63,718 bases of DNA from contig CM119268.1 in NCBI GenBank assembly GCA_051294375.1, forward strand, positions 23,505,084-23,568,801. The letters run 5' to 3'. Origin of the DNA: Paraspadella gotoi (Eukaryota > Animalia > Chaetognatha). Below, piece after piece: positions 12,804 through 23,913 of the stretch. The translations under genes were made by a program, and so were the position numbers. The stretch's first letter is position 1; each line of letters opens with the position of its first letter. The notes under the pieces were generated by a model. The model was not told where the DNA came from. It worked only from the letters and a program-made list of their open reading frames with translations, and searched no databases.

Positions 12804-14155
12804 TAAAAAAAGAAATATAACTCTTTTTAAAAAATTCTTTCATTAAGTAGGTCAAAAATTTAGAAAAAGCTATATTTAAGCTGAAAATTAACTTTTTATA
12901 TATTAAGTATAGTTTTTAATTTTTAACAAACTTAATGAAAGAATTTTTTAAAATAATTTAATATTTCTTTAATCAACTTTTGACGAGGAAATCAAATCTG
13001 CAATCAAAATGAAGAAAAGCCTATTTGAATTTTTTGATTTTATAAGGATTAGTACTATATATAAATATAGTCTACTGTGAAAATTAAAAAACATAAAATT
13101 AATTTTACAATTAATGTTCACTGATGGTAGTGTTGTTCATAATTGACCTTTAGAATTTCCATCACATAACTTTCACTACGCCTTACTGTCAATCTAGGGG
13201 CAAGAGATAGCTTATACAGTAAAGGAATGGCCTAATTTTATATTGTTTCGTACAATTTTGTTATAACATGTAAAAACTGTTATATCTAATATTTAACTAT
13301 CTCTCTCGCAAAGTTCTTTACCAATATATTTATTCTACTTCTACTTCCTCTCTTTTAAGCAAAAGTTCTGTTAAGGCAATAGATCCTTTATTTAACTTTA
13401 TCATAAGACTGCAAATATTTTCTTATCTTTAAAAATTTTTCAAGAAAAAAAAAATCGTTTTTTCGTTTTAATTTCTTAAAAACGAATTTATGTCCAAAAA
13501 AGAAAAATAAAACTGAAATAGTAAAGCGACGTTTATGTCTAAAGGTATTTTGGTTTTTTTTTATTTTTATGTTTTTTTTAATGTTTCTTAAATGTTTTTT
13601 TTTGTTTTCCTTTTTTCTTTTCCAGTTAACGAATTCCCTTGCATTTTTATTCTTCCGTAAATTTTACTCGAAAAATAAATCTTGAAGCTTAATTTTTAGC
13701 TCTTTTTATCTTTTTTCTTCTCTTTCCTTAATTAATCATCATCATCATCATCACATCATCTACAATCATCAATCATCATGCATGCATCAATTCATTCATT
13801 TATCGATCATCAATCATCATAATTATCATGCGTCGTTCGTCGTCGTTTGGTCGTAGCGTTAGTCTTTCTAGAGAAGGAAAAATACTGTCCCCAAAACGTA
13901 GTGAGAAAAAAGAGTAAAGAAACTTGATGATGATATGATATGGATAAGGCAAAATCAAGGCAAGATATCATATTTAGAAATATGGATAAAAGAAAGAATT
14001 AAAGAAATATATCTATCCTCTCTCTCTCACTAGATTTGTAGAAAAAATTTGTATATGGAGAGATAGAGATAGGAGATTAGTAAGATTGGAAAGATATAGA
14101 AAGACAAGAGAGGAGGAGGAAGCGGAGGAGGAGGGAGGTATGTGGACAGGGGCGC

Positions 14156-14260
14156 CTTTTTCGACCACTTTTGCGACTGCGCAACGGTCGAAAAGTCGCT
14201 GCGAACTGATTTTTTAGCTGGTGCGAAAAAGGTTCGAATTCGACTGATAATCAGTCGAAA
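14156..14260. repeat. TCGA-rich palindromic dispersed repeat; also at 54322-54405 (opposite strand) and its duplicates near 49818 and 55365
   Basis: ttttcgacc..cgact..caacggtcgaaaagtcgc..tcgaattcga shared; 10-bp-arm palindrome at 14239-14259. Confidence 0.7.
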
Positions 14261-15108
14261 GTTAATGGAGGAGCGGTGGAATTCTTGAAGGACTCTCGTG
14301 GTCGAATTGCGAACTCGGAATTGGTCAACGACATCAAATATGGATGAGGCCTCTTTCCTCTCTCGTTCTCTTCTCTCTTTCACTCTCTCTCTTTCTCTTC
14401 CTCTCTTCTCTCTCTTTCTTTATTTCTCCTCTCTTTCTCTCGTCTAAATTGGCCAATGTAGTAAAAAAATTAAAAATAAATTCTTATGAATGAAATTCAT
14501 ACATGAAAATAATCATAATGTAAGAGAGACGAAAATTACGGGAAAGATAAATGTAGGGAAAAAGGTGAAGGATTGGTGACGAACTGTAAGAAAAGTAAGA
14601 AAAATTTAATTTAACAAGTTTGAGGCAAACAATGTCGCATGATTCATGTCGTTTTTTTTCCCGGGTTTTTCAGTAATTTCTTTTGAATAGTGGGCTCTGG
14701 CTCGAGATCTTGGAGTCTTTTTAGAAGATTTTTTATTTTATGTCTCCTTCTCTCTCTCTCTCTCCTCTTCCTCTTTCTCTCTACTCTCTTCTCTCACTCC
14801 TGCGTCTCTCACGTTCTGCTCGTTCTCACTGCTCCAGTCTCTCACTCTCTCTCTCAGCTCTCTGCTTGTCTCTGCTCTCTCTTTCTCTTTTTATGGCAAT
14901 AGCCGCGACGAATCCTTATGCTTTTAAGATTTTTTTCAACTTGCATCATTTTTTCAACTTGGCATAATTTTTTCAAACTTGCATTCCGTCAAAGACTTTA
15001 TATCTCTAGCTTCTTCACTGCAGCTTTCTACCGGCTCACAAATTTTCATCTGGCAAGATCTATCATGGGTTAAAATAAATAAAAAGCAATCAAGTAAATG
15101 TGACTCAT

Positions 15109-15860
15109 ATTTTTTGTCATTTAAACTCATTTCCACTGGTACGTTTTCCACTGAAAATTCTTTATATCAAGGCTTTCGTCATACCTTTTCCTTACGCACC
15201 ACACAAATTTCAACTCAATCTATCCATCCAATTTATGATTAATTGGGAGTATTTTATTGGTTAAATAAGTAAAAAGATTTTAGTAATTCGACTTATGTTT
15301 TTGCCATTTAAAACTAATTTCCACCTCACACGATTCCATCGAAATTTTTTATATCCAGCTTTATCACACACTTGTCTCGCTCTCACACACAAAATTTAAT
15401 TCCCCAATGCCAACCAGCCCAATCACGAGTTTTATTGGAGTTTGCTAAGATGGGACGGATGGAACGGATTTGATTGACTACATTGATTAATTAACTGATT
15501 AATGATTTGATTTATTAATACATGCTGCATATACATTTAATATAAGGAAAAAAGAAGCATAATCAATTAGTAAAAACAGGTTTTTTGTTTTTTTTCCATT
15601 TAAACGCATTTTCCAACTCATTACTATTCACATCGAAGACTTGATTTCCTGTTTCAAGTCACACACTTTTCCTACCACAACAATACAAAATTCCAGTCCC
15701 AATCAGCCCATCCACTCATGAGCATTGGTGTTCAAAATAGTGAATATATTTGTTCTTTGTTTTTTTTCCATTTAAACTCATTTCCAGACTCGGGACGATT
15801 CCGAATCGGCAACTTCAATCGCAGCCCTCAATCCACAGCACTACCTATGCCTCACAGGCC
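15109..15860 (+). repeat. Four diverged ~140-bp core repeats (starts ~15110, 15297, 15590, 15760), possibly Helitron/Helentron core; reverse copy at ~42765-42875
   Basis: Each starts tttt..catttaaac.catttcca; first three contain caaaattt..ccaat..ggagt; family assignment is inference. Confidence 0.65.
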
Positions 15861-16040
15861 TGTCCTCTGACTTTAAAGGTCTTAAACTCCTACTATACTT
15901 CTATTTGTTAAACCAATTCAAAAATTTTCTTGCACAATCGATAGCTCTTTAAAAGAGTGCAAATTACAGATTAAAAAAATGTATTTAAAGCTAACTATTT
16001 TTGCACTGCAAAGTGTCGCTTTCCCTGATTACAACAAAAA

Positions 16041-16414
16041 GATTTGATAAGTGGAATCTGAAAGAAGTGAATTCATTATAGGTAGGGAATTTTTTCTCAT
16101 CAAATTGAGTCGGTCAATTAGTTAGTGTCTCTTTAAATGTTTTTTATCAGTGTTGCAGAGGAATAGGTTTTTTACTAGCAAGATGAATTCATGTAAATAA
16201 ATTCACCTCAATGAATTAACCCAATGGATTTGATAAGTGAATCTGAATAGTGAATTGCATTACAGTGGGGGATATTTGTTCATAAATTGATCGGGTAAAT
16301 TAGTTAGTAACTCTTCAAATGGTTTTTTTATGCAAAGGAACTGGCAAGGAATGAGTTTTCTTAACTGGAAGGATGAATTCATTGTATAAATTGCACCTCA
16401 TGAATTTACCGCAG
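16041..16414 (+). repeat. Tandem duplication, ~187-bp unit x2
   Basis: gatttgataagtg.aatctgaa ... aattagttagt ... gatgaattcat ... cacctca.tgaatt twice. Confidence 0.85.
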
Positions 16415-16960
16415 GATATGAAATTTAATAGTTTTTATTTCCCCAATGAATCCATAAAGAGGAGGAGTAAGAGGAGGAGGTAAGAGGAGGAGTCAGCCGG
16501 AGGAGGGAGCAGGGTTGTCTCTTGAAAACAGGCAGTGTATTACAAAGTAATGAGGAGGGCATGAATTCATAAAATCATGAAATCATAGATTTTATTGGTA
16601 AGGTTNNNNNNNNNNNNNNNNNNNNNNNNNATTTACAAATAACTACCTCCTAATACAATATCGTACATCATCACTCATCAGGTCATTTCATCATAATGTC
16701 ACTACATTCACTTTTTTCTAGCTCCGACCTTCGCTTTGTCCTTCTCTCGACTGCAACCTCCTACACGTCACGCGTGATTCGTGTTGCCTCTGATCCTGGG
16801 AAAATCTCACAAAACATCGTCAATCATCGAAGAGAGAGAGAAGAGAGAGAGAGAGGAGAACGAGAGAGAAGAGAGAGAGAGAGAGAGCTAATTGCAAGAA
16901 TCGTTCCGAGGTTAATGCGCTATTCCTTTCTCTTTCTCGTCTCTCTCTCTCTCTCTCTCG

Positions 16961-16994
<34 letters not shown>

Positions 16995-17671
16995 CCTCTC
17001 TCTCTCTACTGTCTCTCTCTCTCTCTTCTCCTTCGCTCGTCGTTGAAAATCGATTTTTCAGCATCCGTGAATCTCGTTTCAAGACTAAATCAGTCAAGGT
17101 TTTTTTTTTCCCCCATTTATCACCGGAATGGTCGGACCCTGATGATTTCGGGTGAACTGATCATTATTTTTTTTTTTTTTTTTTTTTGAAATGAGAAAAA
17201 AAATTCTGGTTCAATTAATAATTCAAATAATTAATAGATTACCAAAAAGGTGAAAAAGCGATTTAATTATATTCACATTATTTTTATTTATTTCTTTTTT
17301 TTTGCAAAAAAGGCGATAGTAACTGACGTGTAAATTATGGCTGTGTAAAAAACATTGGTTAAACTAATGGCTTGTGTAAACTAACGGAGTAAATTAATAG
17401 TTTGTAATGTTTTGTCGTAAACTAAATGCTGTGTGTATTAACTAATGCAGTTGTGAATAATATGATTTTTTTTTGGATAAACTTTTATGTGATTGATTAT
17501 TTTTTCGCTTCGAATTTTGCGCCTTTGTTAGAACTATTGTACAATTTCCTGTCTTCGTATACTTGACCTATATATATTATATCTATATTTTTATAATATG
17601 ATACGAAATTTTATTTAATATGCCGAAATTAAGTAAGTTGCTTTTGGTTTTAATTTATTTAGTTTCTCTCA

Positions 17672-17703
<32 letters not shown>

Positions 17704-18580
17704 CTCTCCTCGTCGTCGTCGTCTCTCTGCTCCCTCTGTCATTTTACTGGACGTTGACCGCCTCTGAATTTTGTTTCAACTCTCTTCGCCCTTCGTTTTC
17801 GACATTGAATCAAATCGTTTTTTGGCGTTACAACGCGGACTTCTCGTCTCTCTTCCTCTCCTTCTCTTCTTCTCCGTCTCTCGTCTCTCTCTGCTCCTCT
17901 CCCCTTTCCGAGCGGCCTTTTCACGGGAACCCATAATCATAAACGTTTCGCCGAAATCTGCCAGAGATTTTGTGGGAGGAGAGAGAAGAGGAGAGAGAGG
18001 GGAGGGGAGAGAGAGAGAGAGAGATCGCCGAAGGGTTTGAACGAGAGAGAGAGAGAGAGAGAGTTATGTATTATAGGAAGTTTGAAGAAAAGTAATTGAG
18101 AAAATGTAGTAAAAATAAATCGTTTGCGTTTTGTGAATGGAACTTTTTTAAAGCCGAATCCTTGTTCAGGCACTTTTTTAGGCAGAATTCATGTTTACGT
18201 TAGAGAAGAAAAATTAGTTGACAAAGAAGATTAAAATTATTTTTCTTTCCGTCTTCTTTTAAAAATTGAGGAAAAGAGGATAGAATAAGATGAAGTGAGA
18301 TGACAGAACATAGAATAAAGAAAACAAATGAAGGATGGTTGAAGAATGAAGAAATGATGAAATATGATTATATGAAATTAAAGAAAGAAAGAAAGAAATG
18401 AGAAGAAACGAAAGAAAGAAAGAGAAGAAGAAAAGAAAGAAGAAAGAGAAAGAAAGAAAAACGAAACTAGACTAGATAGACTAGCCTTGTCAGTTAGGAC
18501 AAAACCTGCACGTTATGGATTTTGTCGTCTTCGTCTCACGCGTAAAGATAAAAATTTAGAAACATTGAAAATTTTAATTA

Positions 18581-19440
18581 AAAAAAAGCACTGTAATGGG
18601 TTGTTCTCGCTCGTCTAATATACAAAATTCAGTATTTATTAAGTTTAAAAGCCGGTTTAAAAGTCAGGAACCGACCGCACCGGACCGCCCAGACCCGACG
18701 ATCCGACCGACGACCGGACCGACCCGAGCCGACCCGACGACGACCGACCGAGGCGACCGACCGACCGACCGACCGGACCGACCGACCGACAGGCGACCGA
18801 CCGACCGAGCCGACCGACCGACCGACCGACGGATGCGAACCGACAACAACCGACCGAGACGCGACCGACGCACGCGGACGCGACCAGCGCCATACGACCG
18901 ACCGACCGACCGACCGACGACCGACCGATCCGCATCCGCACGACCGACCGACCGACCGACCGAGCGACGCCGATGCCGCATCACGACCGAGCACCGACCG
19001 ACCGACCGACGACCGACCGACCGACTCCTCGCCAACCGACCGCACCGACCCGCCGACCGATCGACCGACCGACGCCGACCGAACCGACACGTCGACCGAC
19101 CGATACGACACCGAGCCAACCGACCGACCGACGACCGACCGAGCCGACCACGACCGACGGCGATCAACGACGACCGATCCGACCGACCGACCGACCCGAA
19201 TGACCGACGACCGACCGACCAGCGATCGACGGGACGACCGACCGACCGACGCAACACCGACCGACCGACCGCAGACCGACCAACCGACCGCCACCGACCG
19301 ACACCGACCGACCGACCGACGACCACCGACCGACCGACCGACCGACCGACGACCGACGACCGACCGACACCGACGCGACCGACCGACGACCGACCGACCG
19401 ACCGACGACCGAAAGATTCGCTTCGCCGCGCAACTCAAAA
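18581..19440 (+). mobile_element. HINE/DINE-1-like element containing a ~0.74-kb (CCGA)n tract (18670-19411)
   Basis: Tract directly visible; A-run at the 5' end; 3' end ccgaaag..gcgcaactcaaaa resembles the HINE-type end at 60025-60090; family label is inference. Confidence 0.5.
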
Positions 19441-19701
19441 GAATGAAGAGAATAGAAAGAAGATCGAATTACGACGCAAAGATTTTACAACGAGCGTCTG
19501 AGGATTTCAAAGTTTACCTCCCGCCGCAAGAGAGAGAAGAGAGAGAGAGGATGAGAGAGAGAGAGAGGAGAGAAGAGAGAGGAGAGAGAGAGAGAGCCTC
19601 TCTGTTTTCTGGGTCGCGTAAATAGAAAAAGAGAGTAGAGCGTTACGAGCCAAAACGCGCCGCGCGTTTTATGGCCTCAACGGAGAGAGGAGGGGAGCGG
19701 G

Positions 19702-19740
<39 letters not shown>

Positions 19741-19944
19741 ATAAAGAAGAGAAGAGAGAGATGAGAGAGAGAGAAGAGAGAGAAGAGAGAGAGAGAGGAT
19801 GGGAAGATGATGTGGGAGTAATGAGTAAAGGAAGGTAGGGTCGTAAAAAGTAGGACAGAATTATTTGTGAAAAGAGATGAGGTTTGAATAGGAAAGAAGG
19901 TCACTGGAAGTGACTTGTAACATTAGATCTATAGAGTGACTATA

Positions 19945-20232
19945 ATACTAATCTAATTATAACCCTATTACAAATAACCTAATCCCTTAGCATTTTAGAA
20001 AACTAATGTATAGCCTTAACCCTAATCATAACCTAACCTAATCCTTAAGACCATTAATCTAACCTAATCCATAACCCTAATCCAATGATAATTTAACCCT
20101 CCAATAATTAACCCTAATCTAATTTCTAACCCTAATCCATACTCTAACCCTAATCCATAACCCTAATCATTTACTCTGAATGCTAATTCCTAACCCTAAT
20201 CCTTAACCCTAACCCTAATTACATACCCGAAC
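19945..20232. repeat. Degenerate telomere-like (CCCTAA)n tract
   Basis: More than ten taaccctaa-type motifs interleaved with tcctaa/tccata variants. Confidence 0.8.
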
Positions 20233-20900
20233 CCTTGTCCATACCCCTTGGGCTCATAGGACATTGATAAAGGGTGACGAAATATAATTATATGCCCTTG
20301 CAGGCTTAAATTTAATATAAATTTATAATTAATTTAGTTAAATTTTATCATGAAATGCTTTTTTATATTAAATGATATTTAATAAATTATAATACTTTAT
20401 TTATTATTATATTATAATATTTTTATTATTAAAAAACGATTAGCATTAAAAGTACCCATAGAAGAGTTAATGTATTCCCCTCGGGCAGCGCCAGGGAGCC
20501 ACCTTTTAGGGCATTTAAAAAGAGACAACCCTTTTTGGAATAGATTGCTCCTGGGGCCGCCCTCTTTGTGGCCCCGCGTGGGGGTACATTCGTGGCGATG
20601 ACATATCGTATGGGTGACCACCGCAAAAGTCAGAGTGTCTGCCAATAAATGAGGGTATTACCTGAGGTCTCCACAGATTAGGATAGAGTTTTGACTCTAA
20701 TTGGATTCTTTGTGGTTTTTGATGTAGTTTTCAATCCGATCTCGGATTATATAATCTCATTTCATTGATAGGGAAGCCAGGTACTCTGGGAGTGAATAAA
20801 CGAGACTGTGAAGAGAGTCTTGATTGAAAGCTTACCGGGACCTGCTATTTCATTATCTTGTAAGAGTGATGGAGGCCTTAAACCACCAAAGCCTGTTCAA

Positions 20901-21512
20901 TAAGGCGAAGTAAAATTTCTAAATTTAACTTTAATTAAAATTCTAAAAGTGAGGAACGAACAACATTATACAACAAACATTTATGTATAAAAAAATTTAT
21001 AATAAATTTTACAATTTACGCAGTAGGCCATATTTATACTAGTACTAAATCGCAATAAATGTTAAAATGTCAAAACAGTTTTTATAACATTTTTTTTGCA
21101 GATTTGGATTTGTCATAAAAAGTTGATAAAAAGAATATAACTCTTTTTAAAAAATTCTTTCATTAAGTAGGTCAAAAATTAGAAAAAGCTTATATTTAAG
21201 CTGAAAATTAACTTTTTATATATCTAATATAGTTTTTAATTTTTAACAAACTTAATGAAAGAATTTTTTAAAATAATTTATATTTTCTTTAATCAACTTT
21301 TGACGAGGGAATTCAAATCTGCAATCAAAAATGAAAGAAAGCCTATTTTTGAATTTTTTGATTTTATAAGGATTAGTACTATATATAAATATAGTCTACT
21401 GTGAAAATTAAAAACATAAAATTAATTTTTTTACAAATTAATGTTTCACTGATGGTATTGTGTTCATAATTGACCTTTAGAATTTCCATACATAACTTAT
21501 CACTACGCCTTA
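20901..21512. mobile_element. Duplicate of the 10651-11267 MITE; partial copies at 12804-13185 and 22671-22895
   Basis: Same ends and same flanks, so the same insertion event. Confidence 0.8.
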
Positions 21513-22587
21513 CTGTCAATCTAGGGCAAGGATAGCTTATACAGTAAAGGAATGGCCTAATTTTATATTGTTTACAATTTTGTTATAACGATTAAAACTC
21601 TTATATCTAATATTTAACTATCTCTCTCCAAAGTTCTTTACCAATATATTTATTCTACTTCTACTTCCTCTCTTTTAAGCAAAGGTTCTGTTAAGGCAAT
21701 AGATCTTTATTTAACTTTTACATAAAGACTGAATATTTTCTTATCTTTAAAAATTTTTCAAGAAAAAAAAAATCGTTTTTTCGTTTTAATTTCTTAAAAA
21801 CGAATTTATGTCCCAAAAAAGAAAATAAAACTGAAATAGTAAAGCGACGTTTATGTCTAAAGGTTATTTTGGTTTTTTTTTATTTATGTTTTTTTAAATG
21901 TTTTTTAAATGTTTTTTTTTGTTTTCCTTTTTTTCTTTTCCAGTTTACGAATTCCCTTGCATTTTTAATTCTTTGCCGTAAATTTTACTCGAAAAATAAA
22001 TACTTGAAGTTAATTTTAGCTCTTTTTATTTTTTTCTTTCTTTCTTAATTAATCATGCAAATCATCATTCATCACATTCATCATCATGCATCATGCATGC
22101 ATCATCATCAATCTTCATCATTATCATCATCATCAATTCATAATTATCATCGTCGTCGTCGTCGTTGGTCGTACGGTTAGTCTTTCTGCAGATCTGAAAA
22201 TACTGATCACCACAGTGAAAAAGTAGTAGAGAAAGAAAACTGAATGATGATATGATATGATAAGGCAAATCAAGGCAAAATGTCATAATTAAAATATGGG
22301 ATAAAAGAAAGAATTAAAGAAATATATCTATCCTCTCTCTCTCACTAGCTTTGTAGAAAAAATTTGTATATGGAGAGATAGAGATAGGAGCATTAGTAAG
22401 ATTGGAAATATAAAAGACAAGAGAGGAGGAGGAAGCAGGAGGAGGAGTAGGAAGAGGAGAAGAGGAGGAAGAGTGGGAGCGAGCAAGGAGGAGGAGGAGT
22501 GGAATGAGGAGAAAAATACGCGCGTGAAAAAAAAAAAGTCTTTTTCGTCCTCACGAACTCAAAATTACCGCCATTTTCTCTATGTCG

Positions 22588-22644
<57 letters not shown>

Positions 22645-23119
22645 TTCCTCTCTCTCTCTCTCTCTCCCTCTCAACTTTTTATGACAAATCCAAATCTGCA
22701 AAAAAATGTTATAAAAACTGTTTTGACATTTTAACATTTATTGGATTAGTACTAGTATAAATATGGCCTACTGCGTAAATTGTAAAATTTATTATAAATT
22801 TTTTTTATACATAAATGTTTGTTAGTATAATGTTGTTCGTTCCTCACTTTTAGAATTTTAATTAAAGTTAAATTTAGAAATTTTACTTCGCCTTATTGAA
22901 CAGGCTTTGGTGGTTTAAGGCCTCCATCACTCTTACAAGATAATGAAATAGCAGGTCCCGGTAAGCTTTCAATCAAGACTCTCTCACAGTCTCGTTTATT
23001 CACTCCCAGAGTACCTGGCTTCCCTATCAATGAAATGGGATAATATATATCCGAGATCGGATTGAAAACTACATCAAAAACCACAAAGAATCCAATTAGA
23101 TCAAAACTCTATCCTAATC

Positions 23120-23345
23120 TGTGGAGACCTCAGGTAATACCCTCATTATTGCAGACACTCTGACTTTTGCGGTGGTCACCCTACGATATGTCATCGCCAC
23201 GAATGTACCCCCCGCGGGGCCACAAAAGGGGCGGCCCCAGGAGGCAATCTATTCCAAAAGGGTTGTCTCTTTTAAATGCCCTAAAAGGTGGCTCCCTGGC
23301 GCTGCCCCGAGGGGAATACATTAACTCTTCTATGGGTACTTTTAA
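23120..23345. other. GC-rich island with a ~120-nt imperfect hairpin (23203-23321); same locus at ~10195-10420 and ~20450-20676
   Basis: atgtacccccc / ggggaatacat and 23228-23245 / 23291-23308 pair as nested stems. Confidence 0.6.
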
Positions 23346-23913
23346 TGCTAATGTTTTTTAATAATAAAAATATTATAATATAATAATAAATAAAGTATTA
23401 TAATTTATTAAATATCATTTTAATATCCAAAAAGCATTTCATGCATAAAATTTAACTAATTAATTATAAATTTATATAATTTTAAGCCTGCAAGGGCATA
23501 TAATTATATTTCGTCACCCTTTATCAATGTCCTATGAGCCAAGGGGTATGGACAAGGGTTCGGGTTATGTATTAGGNNNNNNNNNNNNNNNNNNNNNNNN
23601 NNNNNNNNNNNNNNNNNNNNNNNNNNNNNNNNNNNNNNNNNNNNNNNNNNNNNNNNNNNNNNNNNNNNNNNNNNNNGCGCGTTTGGCTACGTAACGCTTC
23701 TAACTCTCTTTTCTAATTACGCGACCCAAGAAACACAGAGAGCTCCCTCTCTTCTCTCGCTCTCTCTCTCTTCTTCTCTCTCTCTCTCTCTGCGGCGGGA
23801 GGTAAACTTTGGAAATGCCTCAAGAGCGCTCGGTTGTAAAATCTTTGCCGTCGTAATTCGATCTTCTTTCCTAATTCTCTTCATTCTTATTGAGTTGCGC
23901 GCCGAGCGCCGAA

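Noticed and set aside
19945-20232. True chromosome end or telomerase RNA
   Set aside because: Internal, short and degenerate; no template-plus-pseudoknot evidence
22991-23137. VYSLP...ILICGDL resembling a LINE AP-endonuclease motif
   Set aside because: In-frame stops, no other motifs, and the catalytic Asn is missing; likely chance (BLASTX would settle it)
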